A stretch of DNA of 64,000 nt from positions 40,424,001 to 40,488,000 of the forward strand of contig NC_135758.1 of assembly GCF_052425735.1 (NCBI RefSeq), in the 5' to 3' direction. The stretch is from Oculina patagonica (lineage: Eukaryota). Shown here in pieces: positions 12,120 to 25,230 of the stretch (position 1 is the first letter of the stretch; every line of letters begins with the position of its first letter). The position numbers and the translations under genes are program-made. The notes beneath the pieces are model-generated. The model made no database searches. It had not been told where the DNA came from and saw only the letters and a program-made list of their open reading frames with translations.

Positions 12120-13997
12120 CGTTAGCGATTTCTTTTGCCAAACGTTTTTTCTTTTCTTTGTAATATCTGTAGAAAGAAATAGTAAGAACGGCAATGAAAC
12201 TTATGCTGACAGGCCCGCAATGCGTGCATCCGCACCCGTCCCACCCCCTCCCCCGAGAGCTGAAGAAGTCGGCCTTGCAAGTGACGATATTATTCTGTCA
12301 TCTTTATTCTCTAAAATACATGTCAAAAGAGGTTTATGTTTTTCAAACATCCAATTGAAATTTGATTGAATGTTATGTTTTTACATAAGCTTTTGGCTGC
12401 CTGGTTTGATGTCAAACTGCCTTCGCCATTTTCCCCAGAACCTCCTTCCTCCTTACAAGCTCGCACGTGCGTACGTACCGCCCTCAAGCCCCCCCCCCCC
12501 CTCCCCCATTAAAAATCCTCGCTACTGGCCTGTTCTGTACATTTTAAATTTCTATAAAAGATACTCAAATGGGAATTTTGATCAATCTTAAAACAATAAA
12601 TTCTTACAAAGCCCAGAAAAAAGAAGAATAAAGAAAACCTCTGAGACCATGGTACTGAGCGGTGGCGAGAATATCTTTATATTTATTTCATTTCTATGAT
12701 AATATGTATACACCTCTTATACAAATAAAAAGCAATGAATAAACAACTGGGCCGAGCCAATTATTTTTGTTTTTATTAAAAAAAGTCGAACCTCCTTTAA
12801 CGACAACCTTCGACTGTGCTTAGGTCTTTACAACTGTACTTTTATGGAAATCCCCAAAGTGGCTTGTTGTGGTGGCAAGGTTGCCTGTATCTTCACCATA
12901 AAAGGGCCAATAAACGGGGCATGGCCAACCGTCGCATATTTCAAGACGCTAAAGAATTTTTTTTTAAAGCGTGAACGTTTTGTATTCAGTTTTGTCGTCG
13001 CCTTTAAATTCCAAAAAAACTTTCGGAGAGCTAAAAAGAGGTCACTGAAGGTTAAGATGGTCGATTTACACGTAACGATTTGTGGGCGGATCAAACATAA
13101 TCCGGTATTAAGACCAGGGGTATGATGGATTGTAATATGATTTCACATAAAATCGAACAGATTTTTGACATAAAAAAATATTTTTTTCCCAATGAGGTAA
13201 CAAATCGGTTGACAAATCATACAGCGTATTTTGGACTCAAGTATTAAGTGGCTCGAACTCTTGTATGGGCCAACAGATTGTGCCATGCCGCCGCGCCGAA
13301 AACGGAAGGACGAGTTTTTATGAATATTTCAAATATGGGGTTGGACAAATGAAAATATGGAAAGAACTTGTGGGACGATAAGCTGTACCTAAGCTGTTAA
13401 CTGTCTGTAATGGTGGAATAACTGTTACTACGATAATAATTTCTCTTAACTAGAAGAACAATCAGCCGAGAATTCGAATGAAAAATCAAATAAATGAGAA
13501 TTTAGTTAATTTATAGTTAATTACTTAATTACCCCTTCCAATGTTGTGTTTAAAGAGCCAGAAGTTCGTTGACTGTCTCTAAGAGGTCTAGACTATATTA
13601 ATGAACGCAACCGTCGTCTTAGTACAATCTACTACATACCAAATGCAAAAAAAAAAATTCAAAATTCTCTTCCCTTTGATTTAAATTTTCTGGTATTAAT
13701 TTTTAAACCCGTTATTACAATGTGCAAACGCATTTATTTCTAAGTTAAAGCTTCGGATAAAGCTTTAGAATAACGAACTCTGAAAAAAAGAAATTTTCCA
13801 GTTAATCGTTTCTAACGTTCGCTCTAAATATGAACCAACACAGATTTTAGCAACAACTTATACCTCGTGGTAATGTCAAATTAAATGATAATGCGCTAAC
13901 TTAATATAACATTCGTTATCAGAAATGAAACATTTAAATTTCGATACACAAGTACATAAACAACAACAGAAAAATTCATACGCAAAATTAAACTTAC

Positions 13998-14042
13998 CTA
14001 GAGAGCGAAACGCAACCCTTTCCAATCCACCATAGCTGTCAT
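13998..14042 (-). other. Probable non-coding first exon of the synaptotagmin, carrying a short uORF
   Basis: Strong donor TAG|GTAAGT at 13998/13997; ORF MTAMVDWKGLRFAL* ends exactly at the donor; matching acceptor near 12167 upstream of the main ATG. Confidence 0.45.
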
Positions 14043-15853
14043 CTTTAAGTATAAAATGCGACTGTTATCTTAATTTATTCCTCTGCAAGATCGCTGTTTT
14101 GGCCAACGGTCGCTGAAACAGCAAGCGTACCGATCGAACAAAGTTCCCTAACCGTCAACCCATCGTAGCGGTCAAATTTTTCTGTAGGTTTTGCTTTAGG
14201 CTTGTTGGAGAAAAATAACTGGATGACTTCCGCTTCAAAATCCTATAATGTTAAACAGAATGAGCCTAGGTAAATAAATGCGGTAACGACTGTTCACCGA
14301 GACGCGATATTCAAATTTAGAGCGCGTTGTTTCGGATAGAGACAAACATAAAATACGACTTGACCTTTTTCGACCCACAGGGCGTATCGAATGCAAACGT
14401 CACGAATTTAACAGGATTGCCAGTTTCCGATGACAACAAGATACCAAAAATATTGCAGGGGAAAAATAAAAATTTAGTGCATTTTTGGTCCCTTGCGAAG
14501 CGAAATTCGGTTAAGTTTGCGAAGTTTGTTGGCTTTTTAATAGTTGTTTTAGCTTGATATTGGCGTGTGGAGAGGTTTCCGCGTCATTGAACACACATTT
14601 AACGGAAATTTTGTTTATCACTCAATGCTAACATTTTCTGAGCTTTTTGTTAATGTTTAGTGAACTGTGACTTAAAACAAATTCATATATAGTGACGCTC
14701 CTTAGCACAAGCCAAGCGGCGCACGGTTGCTAAGGGAAACTTGGATAAATGTCGACAGTGGAAAATACGCTAAAATGATCTATCTACTTGGTAAATGCAA
14801 AATGGCAAGATTGAACTGAAAATTATTAAAAGTAGACGCGTCCACTGCTAAAAGTACAGTATTTATGGGTGTAAATTGAATCATTTAGGCGCGCTGCGGT
14901 ATTCTCGGCAAGAAAGTTCAAACTCTTGAAGGTCTTGAAGGGGCAAAATTGATAATATGGGGCAAGAACCAAGCTTTAATGCACGTTGACGGATATTGTT
15001 CGTTTTGCCGTCTACAGTCAATAACATCGAATGTAATTTGCACGAGTGCCTTTCAAAGACTGTCTGACAAAGTCCAAGAGAATGAAAATTCGGAAAATTC
15101 TTTCCTTTTTTCAGATTACGTACAGCAGTGTGTGTGTGTTGCCCTTTTTTCGCCTGTTTCTCTACTCTGCAAGCAACAAAAGTGCTTTGGCAAAATTTTG
15201 AAAATTCAATTTTTGTGTATACACTGTCAAAATGAAATTTGGAATAATGAACTTTATAAAGCAATAGCAGGGGTGTGATTGTCGACCAAACTACTGTTAT
15301 CAGCACTAAAATGAAAAAATAATAACAACTTACAATATACCAAAATCGTGAAATCACGAAAACTCAAGGTTTTTTTTTTCGTTTATTTCAAAATATCAAT
15401 ACAGTTAAGTCTTAAATGGCTACAAAATTAAATTACATAATTTGTTTATACAATTATCGTATATATATAAATACTTTTTCAAATTTCATACTTGTATGTC
15501 ACGCTTATAAAAACTGTATGAAAAATCGAGAAAACACTCTTTGCAACTAAAGCTTCTTGTAAAAATTACACTCTTTCTTAAAATATTCTGGCTTAAAAAA
15601 ATGCTGACTGGGAGTCAGTAAAAATGCCAAGGATGTCCTTTTGCACAGACGGGTTTTTTTTGGCTCGTTCGTCACGCAATCGCTAGGAAAAAAGATTGCG
15701 TGACACGTCACACTGGAGAGTTGGCCTTCAATGGCTCTACGATGACATAAGTTCATTGTTTGTGGACGAAATCCCAATTCATTGGTGGCTGTCAGTGGTT
15801 TTACTCTGTCCAGATCTTTATTGTTACAATTCTGTTTGATCTCACACGTCTTT

Positions 15854-18800
15854 TCAGAATGTACAGTTCTGTGTGATTCCAATCTCTCTGGGTGTTCTGG
15901 ACATTGTAAAGGCTGGGGCACAGCGCTTGCTGCTTGAACGATACACTCGTGGATTGTATGACCCAGGGCCTGGGACAGGCTCTGAAAATGTGAAAATTAT
16001 CATCAGTTGACCAGCCAATCAGTAGTTAAGACGGAATCCACTAGGAAGTCGAGTAATATTTATTAAAGTTGGACAATTGGACATTTCCTACCTTTAATAA
16101 AAGGTAAAGATGTAAGTAATTATCCGTGATAACACCAACAACAATTTCTTATCTAAGTTATCAGACTCTGAGAAAATGAATTTTAAAGTTCACAAGGTAT
16201 AGGCAAAATCTCGCGTGTAGCCATTTTGGAAATTCGTCGATTTAGTGGAATTCAGCGGAACTTCGAAATTTGTTTTCGATGTTTGGTGTTGTTAGAAAAG
16301 ATTTCTTTTGATAAGATATTTGAAGCAGTAACAAAAAAGTTTGCAATCAGGTGTAAATAGTTTTGGTACATAATTTTGTCCAATAACTACTCGAAGTCCT
16401 TGCGGATTTCCTCTTAATCAATTATTTAATATGTAATGTGTACTTGTTATACGAAGAAAGTCAGTCAGTGAGTGAGTGAGTGAGTGAGTGAGTCAGTCAG
16501 TCAGTCGGTAATTCAGTCAGTCAGTCAGACAGTCAGTAATTCACTCAGTGAGTCAGCAAGTCAGTCAGTCAGACAGACAGTCAGTTATTCAGTCAGTCAT
16601 TAATTCACTCAGTTAGTTAGTCTGAGCGAGTCAGACAGTGAGTCTGTCATCCAGTGAGTCAGTCCTTCAGCCAGTCAATCAATCAATAAATAATTTAATC
16701 AATCAATCAATCAATCAATCAACTAATTAAACAGGGCATTATGTATCAATATACGCATCCTCTCCTGTTAGACATGAAGTTTACAAGAAACAGTTGAAAG
16801 TAAAGACTGACCTCTTGCCATCCAAAACACAGCTCCACCCCGCCTGCCTTGTTGAATTGTATATGATGGTGCTGCGTTCATGGCCTGTTCCTTTCCTTTG
16901 TTGTAATTGTACTGGTTTGGAGCTGGTTCATCTTCTGCACCTGTTAATGTATTACTATATGTTATAATCTTGATCCCAAGCCACAGTCACTATACCTCTC
17001 CACACTAAGTGCTAATTATAGAATATACAGATTTTTTTTAAGAATTTTGTCCTATATATATATATTAGGCAATATTCTTTCTGAAAAGATCAATATGAAC
17101 TTGCTGGATGATAGCAAATGTTTTTCTAGTCATGTGGAAATTCATTATTCCAGGGTTCATTATGTAATTTATCAAACACAAGAGGCAGTGTTTTATTAGG
17201 ACATCCAAACACTGAGACGAGAGTTGAAAATACATGTATGAAGCGCAGCAGAGTATTTTTTTGACGAAATATGAGGTGTTTGGATAGCCGATGAAAAACT
17301 GCATTGAGTGTTTGATACATCTTCTCAATCGAAAAAAACAAAACAAAAAAACTTAGGAGTAAATGGAGAAATAAAATCATAAAAATCGATGCTAATTAAG
17401 ACCGGGTATTCAAACCTTCTTCATGGTTGTGATTTTCCTTGTTTTAACTTGATGATTTATTAATGAGTTTGAAAAGCTGTAAAAAAGACTTGTCAGTCAG
17501 TCAGACTGATATTTACATGCAGCATTTTTGAAAATTTTGTGAATGATGTAATTTGGGTGCAGCCTGACAATATACTGTGTGGGAGGCGCGGTGGCCTAAT
17601 GGTTAGTGCGCTCTACTCCGAGTCGAACAGCCCAGGTTTGGGTCCTGGCCGGGGCGCTGCGTTGTGTTCTTGGGCAAGACACTTTACTCCACCCAGGTGT
17701 ATAAATGGGTACCGGCGAATTAACTGCTGGGGGGTAATCCCTGCGATGGACTGGCATCCCATCCAGGGGGGAGTAGCAATACTCTCAGTCGCTTAATGCT
17801 ACTGAAACCGGGATAAGCTCCGGCTGTATGGGCCACTTGGCTCGGACACAGATCTAGACTAGACTACATGTAGACTGACAATATACTACATGAGTACACG
17901 AATAGGAATTACACTTGTGACCACTCATTGTAACTGACTCATAAACTGAGATGAGTGCAAGTTGTGGTTTTTTATTTTTCATTTCACACAAGTGATCTTA
18001 CCTTTCTTGGATATGCAGAATTTTCCTCTCTTGCCGAATGTGTGTGAAGGGGACTGTGGCAAAGTAAACTGTGGAGTACCAACAGTAGGTCCTGAGGTGT
18101 AGTGTGCAGGAGAGGGCCATGTATACTGCAAAGAGTGCAAAATAAAATTACTTTTCTGAATACTGCAGTGGAAGTCGAACCTTCAAGGGGAATAAGGTTC
18201 GAGAAATCAGCGGTAAAGTAGCAGTGCTCAACTGATTAAAAAAAATCCAAGGGATAAACAATTTCTAGTTCGAGTTATCCGGAGGATTGAGAAATCGGGA
18301 TTCAATAATTTGTCACGTGCAAAATACAGTTTAAGATGATAAATAAGTACATGTAATGTAAGGATAATAAATGTTTAGATTTGTCATTCTTGATTTTTAT
18401 CTGTCAACTTGTTTGCTATTGACAAACAAAACAGTCAATGTATGTTAACAAATAAGCCCAGGTCTTTTCTAAGAAGCAGGGTTTTTAGCCATGATTTGAA
18501 TAGTGGGCAATTCCAAAAATTTCTATGAGGCTTCGCCTCCACCCTCCCCCAAGGAGAGTATGAAGACAAAATTTAACCATGTAGGATGTATTTGCAGTTT
18601 GGAGTGTGAATTTAAGTGAAGATTTCCAAATTTGCTAAAAAATAACTTCCAATACAGTTATAATTTGCCCAGGGGGGTACTCCGGGATTAAAGTGACGGG
18701 GATGATCGAATGGAGGCAAAACTCGGGACCCAAAAAAATCCCTAAGTCTCCCGACATTACTCAAAAAAATCCCTGGACCAAACAAAACGCCCAAAAATAT

Positions 18801-20648
18801 CCCTAGTCAAATTACCCCTAAATTGCCAAGGCCGCGCCAAGGCACTTTAGTTTGATTTTAATACCCAAAAAAATCCCCTATTTAAATCAAAGCACCCAAA
18901 AAAATACCTGCCAAATTCTCCTACCCAAAAAAATCCCGGAATCGAAAATTTCGACCCCAAAAAAGTACTTCGCACATCCCCGTCACTTGGATCCCGGAGT
19001 ATCCCCCCTGGGATAATTTGTCATATTTTAATTTTCTCTACAAAGTGGACATCCACATGTACAGGACACCTGGATATTCAGAAGACCACTTTCATTGTGT
19101 TCTATCTTACCCTGCTGTCAAAGTTTGCCCTGAATGTCCAGATATCTGGGCTGGCAATCCATTGTTTGGTCCATGCTACTCTGTCACCCCCTCTATCTGA
19201 AAGAAAACACAAATCAAAAACAAAATATAAAACAATTACATAATTCAGACAATAGCTGACTTTTTAAAGGGGCGATGTCATGCAATTTTAGGCAATTTTG
19301 ACCGAATGGTCACAATTACAGCTTAAAACTGTAGAAGAACTCAAAAGAAACACAGAAAGGCCAAAAAGGCATGGATGGGAAAAATTCGAGACGATTAAAA
19401 CAGATTACGTCCGGGTATGTAAACTTGAAAAAAGTCAGGCAGACTTTTTGCAAGTTTACATAACCTCAATTTGAATGAATCATCCATGTTTGTTTTCTGG
19501 CCATGATTTTGCCAATAAAAGACTTTTGCTCTGCCAGTTTGAAGTTTAGAGCTCTTAATTAAAGAAAATAAATAGAATTACCTAAAATACCTGGCCTAGC
19601 CCTTTCAATGTAGTCGTTTTGAGTTGTTTGGGGGCTCACAAGTTTGTACTCAAAAAAAAAAAAAACTACAAAAAGTTATCTTACAAGAAATGGATAAATA
19701 GCCACCTTTTTCTGGTTGTGTCTTGGGTCTCATTGTATAACGTGGTGATGATGTTTCCCATGGCAGACTTGTAGGGGGGTCATACGTTGTAGGTTTAGGA
19801 CCTGTCAAATCTAGCTGCATAGGAGGACGGGATTGCAAACATTCCTCTAGACCTGATGTGAAGGCAATGTAATGTTCAGTTAAAATATAATATTATCTGC
19901 ATTTTACCAAGCAGAAAATGGTATCCTCCTTATAATTAAGTCGAAGACCATACTACTTCATGGATTACTCAATGCCTAATAATTTATATGCATGGTACAA
20001 AAGTCGATTCAAAGGCTTTCAAGTTACATATATGAAAAACTCTGTGGGACAACTTTTCAACTAAATAATAAATGTGGTATAATATAGTTAAAAAAGAGCA
20101 AATTAAACTACAAATCAAGACAAATAATAATAATATGCTACCTTATATTAGAACTATGTAAACTTAAACCTGCTTAAACTCCTCAAAAGTATTCCAAGAA
20201 TGTTTTTCAACATAACTGTATTCCAACTTACTTGCAAAATTTTCATCCTCCTTTTCCTCGAAGAATACACTTGGGGCATTCTTGGACTGATCTCTCCTGC
20301 AAATTACAAATTTAAATTAACAAGTTTTTATACAATAACAAATCAGGCAACATCCAACTTTGAAAAAAATGACATGTGATACGGCTGTAAATAAGTTAAT
20401 AGCTACTACCTATTATGCATAGCTAGAACGCGATTTTACTTTTAGCTACAAACTAACGGTAAACTAGAACAACAACTGGAAACTCACCTTCCCACCAAGC
20501 TAACTGTGGCTAATTTGGCAGGAATTCTAGATCGATATGTCCTGGAGATCGTGCCAATCTGTGGAGGAATGGATGGCAACGCTGGAACGTGCGACTTTGC
20601 GGAGTGGCGCGAATGTGTACGTTAGTTTGCCAGCCGGCTTTGCGGCAT
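15854..20648 (-). CDS. STPG3: STPG3-like (sperm-tail PG-rich/SHIPPO repeat) protein, 7 exons; in-frame TAA in exon 1
   Basis: Exons 20648-20488, 20296-20232, 19852-19706, 19196-19111, 18125-18002, 16940-16812, 15981-15854. Motifs RPPMQLDLTGPKPTTY, GGDRVAWTKQW, WPSPAHY, PAPNQY and PGPGSYNP resemble STPG3 as I recall it. Phases close. Confidence 0.75.
16459..16722. repeat. Compound tetranucleotide microsatellite (AGTC/AGTG)n then (AATC)n
   Basis: Directly visible tandem repeats. Confidence 0.95.
17163..17475 (+). repeat. Second copy of the palindromic interspersed repeat at 2563-2857
   Basis: Colinear similarity (ATCCAAACAC..GAGTTGAAAATAC..TTTGGATAGCCGATGAAA..TCTTCTCAATCGAAA). Confidence 0.8.
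17577..17874 (+). mobile_element. Full-length tRNA-derived SINE
   Basis: A-box GGTGGCCTAATGG and degenerate B-box; conserved TGTGTTCTTGGGCAAGACACTT and CCTGCGATGGACTGGCATCCCATCCAGGG cores; (AGACT)n-like tail; 13-bp TSD CTGACAATATACT (17564-17576, 17875-17887). Confidence 0.9.
18668..19012. mobile_element. MITE with CCCAGGGGGG termini and 8-bp TSD
   Basis: TIR CCCAGGGGGGTACTCCGGGAT..AAGTGACGGGGATG; exact TSD ATAATTTG. Confidence 0.85.
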
Positions 20649-23600
20649 TTGGCAAAGAGTTAAAAGCAGGCATCAAGTGTTCTCTCCACTCCACATGTTA
20701 AGAGTCTCGCTGTAGAAATGACCAACAAGTTGTCGTCCCCGCGCAAAAAGAACAACAGTCCGTCTTCACAATCAACACGGCGCTGTGACGGTCTCCAAGC
20801 AAAGTCACGTGACAAGGGCGCACGTAACTTCAGGAATGGACACGAATGGATGGGACTGGTGTCTGACGAACGGGCAAATGGAAGAAACAAAATGGCTTTC
20901 GTCTTTCAGCAAGTAGAGCCATTTTACCGAGTTTCGTTGTAACGTTTAGAAAAAAACTTGCGTATTGAATTTGAGATTAAAATTAGAAAGAAAGCGTAGG
21001 ACACATTCGAGAAGCGGTGGGTTTACAAATCTTTCAGTACACGCCCAATATCAGAGCGTGGCTCGCCAAAACGCCTATTACAAATACCGAAGGTGTTGGC
21101 ATAATTCCCTTGTAATTATGGTGATTTTGGAATCGTGGAAAGCTCCACTAAAATGTCCAAGGTTTGATTAAGAAAAATTGTATCGAAGATACAGGATACA
21201 ATGTCCCGCAACTGCTTTTTTTAAGCGTCTAGGACATTTAAAAATGTCCAACTGAAATTATAATACACATGACTGATTACACGTCTTATCAACCGTGTCT
21301 TTTGACGCCAAGGTTTCATCTAAGTTTATTTGTCGGTATTCGAAGAAAAAAACATTCAGACAATAGGTTGTGTTGTTTATTGCAGAAAAGCCATACTTTC
21401 TCTATATTTATTTGTGTATATTTTAAAACCACAGAGCTGAAATCGGCTGCAACCCATCGGATGTCATTGCTTTCAAACTAGGGCTAATATTTATTAAAAT
21501 CACTGTTGAGCTAACGGTGTAGAACGCGAATAGAATGCAAATTCTATTAAAGGCGCAAACATCAATTAAACAACTGATACTTTTCGTAGCTCACACGCAC
21601 TTAGATTTGTTTAGTTTTCACTCTATATTTTCTTGTTTGTGGTTATTCTGTTTGTGCTAAATACTAATGTCTGCTTTAGCTGATTGCGAAAGCAATCCAC
21701 TGCTACACGACTTCGTTTTAGTTGAAAGAGCAAAGAATTTCACGCTTCTAGCACAAATATCTGTTTGGGACTTAAATTTATTAAAGCTATGACATGTTTT
21801 CTGTTAATTCTAACGGGCGATGATATGTTCCAAGAATGCTGAAATGAAATTGACGCTGCTGTCTTTAGGGATACCAGTAAAATTCACTCAACGTTATTTC
21901 ACGTCCTTGAACTGATTCATGCCAGCAATTTTAGGGACGCTTTTTTACGGCTCACTTGTCATAAAAATTTAGCTTTGTTTATTTCGAATTAAGATCAGCT
22001 GTTGCCATTCCAGGCTTCATGCAATGCAGTCTCAATTTAATATTCTTAAAATTTGTCAGAAACGTCCAGAAAGTTTCAAAAATGCTACGTTAGTGCTGCA
22101 GTGTCGCTTACAACGAGAGAGTAACGTCGAGGTTTAAGCCACCCAGACTCAATTAAAAACATCTAAGGATTTCTCGAATATTATACTCTCTCTTCAGTAT
22201 ACTACGTGAAAATAAATAAAAGTACCCTTACCTATTTCGACGTCAAACCAACTTCTTTAAATATCAGCCAGTGATGAAAATGAGCCAAGCAAAATATTCC
22301 GCGTCCCGATCAAGATAACTGTACAGCTCTTTATAAACGCCGTTTTCTGAAGCCAAGCGTATCAATACCGTGAAAGGCACTCAAATAGATTTTGTCCGTC
22401 TTAAAATGCAAAACTCTGGCGGAAAAAACTTCTGGAGCATGAACGAATTCATTATCCCTTCAATCATATTGGCCAGCCAATGCGAAGAGTTTTTCTAGAG
22501 GGCCTATGAGCCGTGAAGTTGTTTGTCTTTACGGTATCTGCTTATAAAGAAAGAAATCTTTCACAGTTTGAAGCCGGAAAGCACTTACGTTTTTACTTCA
22601 GGTTGTTTTTGACTATTTATCAAGACAAGTGAAGCATGTAAAACTCAAAATGGTCACGATTTGTTTTATCAACCTTCCAAGACGATCAAACTTCATATGA
22701 AACTGCTATGAAGGGAGTCAAAATTATTTTAAATGACCCCGAGAACCGAGTTTTCAGTTCATAAACCAATAACAGTACATTCTTTTATACTAATTCTCTA
22801 TTTCGCTTTTGTTGTGACAATTTAAATACCCCCAAACTGATACGGTTCACGAACACCAAACATCATGCAAACTTATAAGTTACGTTGATGCTGAAAAGCG
22901 AATACGGTCGAATATTTGCTAAAAATAGGTACGTGATACACCTAGGACAATATATTAATATAGATCCATGTAGTACAAGCCAGTTTAATTTAACTTGGGA
23001 AAAGAGAATTCCAAAACGAGCATTATTTGACTTTGTTGACATCTAGAATTAGCTTAGCCCCTCAAGGCATTTTTATTGCTTTATCATTGACAGTAAGTTT
23101 TCTTATATATCACAAATTGCTGGTCTTTCAAGTTCAATTCCAGTATAGCGGTTAACATTCCCGGAATTAAGCGGGTGGGTGGAAGGGGGCGGAAAATGGA
23201 AAGGAAACGGAAGTTGCTGACGTGCTCTTGGATCCTCTTTCTTTGTCCCACGAGAGGACCCTAGGAAGGAGGTTCCTGATATATTTACGTGGAATCGCGA
23301 ATTTTCTCGGACCTTAACGATAACTTGAAACAAAAGACTTGGATTTTTTGTTGCACTAAACCAAGTCGAACACTGAGTTTTAACTCCTGCTGGTATCTCG
23401 AACTCTCAATTTCTCGAACCACTTTTTGTTTCCCTTGGAACCTCGAAAAATCACGTGGGATGTCACGGTAGTTTCATAATGGAACACAGTTCAGTACCGT
23501 CCTCCTCTGGGTATCCTTCTGAACGGCCCTGTGGACCGCGGTGCTCCTATCTGTTTTGGGAAGGTTTAAGGTCGGCACACACGAGAGGACTAGTCCCTGC

Positions 23601-25142
23601 GACTATAGTCACGGAGACCAAGTCCCATCGTGTGAACTGGCCTTTTTTGTCCAAAAAATAAATAAACTCAGCAGACACAGCGACCAAAATCTGGTCCCTG
23701 CAACTAGTCGCACGAAATCAAAACTGGTTATAAAACGTGTTTTTCTGTTTATATCCAGACTGAAGCGGAAAAATTTAATCACTGAATAATTTAGCTGAAC
23801 TGTGGCGCTGATTTATTTCAATGCTACATTGTTTAAAATTAGCAATTTCGCTTTCACTTTGGGAAAGCCGCAGGGTGAAAGAATGAAACCACGTAACCCA
23901 AACGACTAACAGTCACTGGCTTCTGCCACACGGCTATATTATAATGAAAATGCATAATGGAAGCTACAGTTGTCTAGGAAGGAAAAGGAGAAATAACCAA
24001 ATTCCCTTTCAGTTTCTAGGCTGCAAATTGTGAATACAAAAGTGTACCTCTGTCAGGAGGAAGCGGTGGGGGTAGGAGAGTAAGGGACGATGACAACTCT
24101 ATATCTGTTATACGTTGTTTGAACGGTATCATGTAGTTATAAAAGGCGTCCTAAAAATGAGATTATTCTCCCTTTTTTGCAAAGTTTTATAGGTGGGCAA
24201 TATGTTCCCAATATTTAAATTTTTAATACGATAATGTCAAATTTGCATTGAACATCTGTTCAGGTTATCCCGTACATTTTTCGAGTCTCGCGATTCCCGG
24301 ACGCGACAAAGGTTTACAACAGTCGTCACCTCCTCCCCCCCCCCCCCTCTTCCCCTTGGGTAAACCACCACAAGATCACAAACAACTGAAAAAAAAAATA
24401 AGAAGGTTAGCCATCGCACACAATAATCATTGAGTTTTCAAGCATTTTCTTCGACAGTTGACCTGATAAACAATTACTATCAGTTTCTATTTTGCAAAGT
24501 TTCAATGACAAAATTACGAAGAGCGTGGGTCCGACATTGTTTTGCAACGATTATTTTGGGATGCTATTTATCAATCTTCTTGATTCTTGGAAGTTAAATT
24601 GAAAGAAACTAAAGAGAAAAATCCCCTTGGGTAAACCCCCACATGATAATAGTACTATATTATTCCTGCTGTCATTGTTATATGGCTAAGATATGGAGAG
24701 CGAAACTCCGGTGAAGCCATAGGCGACACAGAGTGTCACCGGCGGAGCGGGAGATTTTTTCTTCGGGCGTCCAGCGAAACAAAGCGGTCAACAGCAAACG
24801 CGAAAGATACAAAAACAAGGTAAGTACGCCCGAAGACAAAGTAAACGCTCCGCTGGAAGTTGAAGCACCAAACACAGATCGCTAAGGGAGGGAGGGCGGG
24901 GCGCGACATTTGAACTGTAGTCGTGGTGTTTTACCGTCGAAAGACCTAGAACTGTGCTGCACGTTGAAGGAACGGTTAATATAGCACCGCTACACCAATA
25001 GGAGAGAGCCATGGGGATAATTAGCCATTTCCACGGGACTTATGACCTGCATGCATAATAAAGTACTATGCAAATGACTTTGAATAGGAAAGTGAAAGTT
25101 ACACGTCAAGGCATATTCATATTGATATTGTTTTTTCGTGCT

Positions 25143-25150
25143 TATAAATA
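25143..25150 (+). promoter_or_regulatory. TATA box of the orphan gene
   Basis: TATAAATA about 85 bp upstream of ATG 25231. Confidence 0.5.
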
Positions 25151-25230
25151 ATCAAGTTGCAAAGCGTTTTAGCTTAGAACAGCCTCTAAACAGTCGACCT
25201 TGTAAGTCAACTTGGGCTACAAAAAAGCTT

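Noticed and set aside
14726-14740. RFX X-box-like GTTGCTAAGGGAAAC
   Set aside because: Short degenerate motif, not clearly tied to a start site.
14881-15357. 158-aa and 109-aa overlapping ORFs
   Set aside because: No recognisable motifs or splice context; lies in 3' flank or intergenic DNA.
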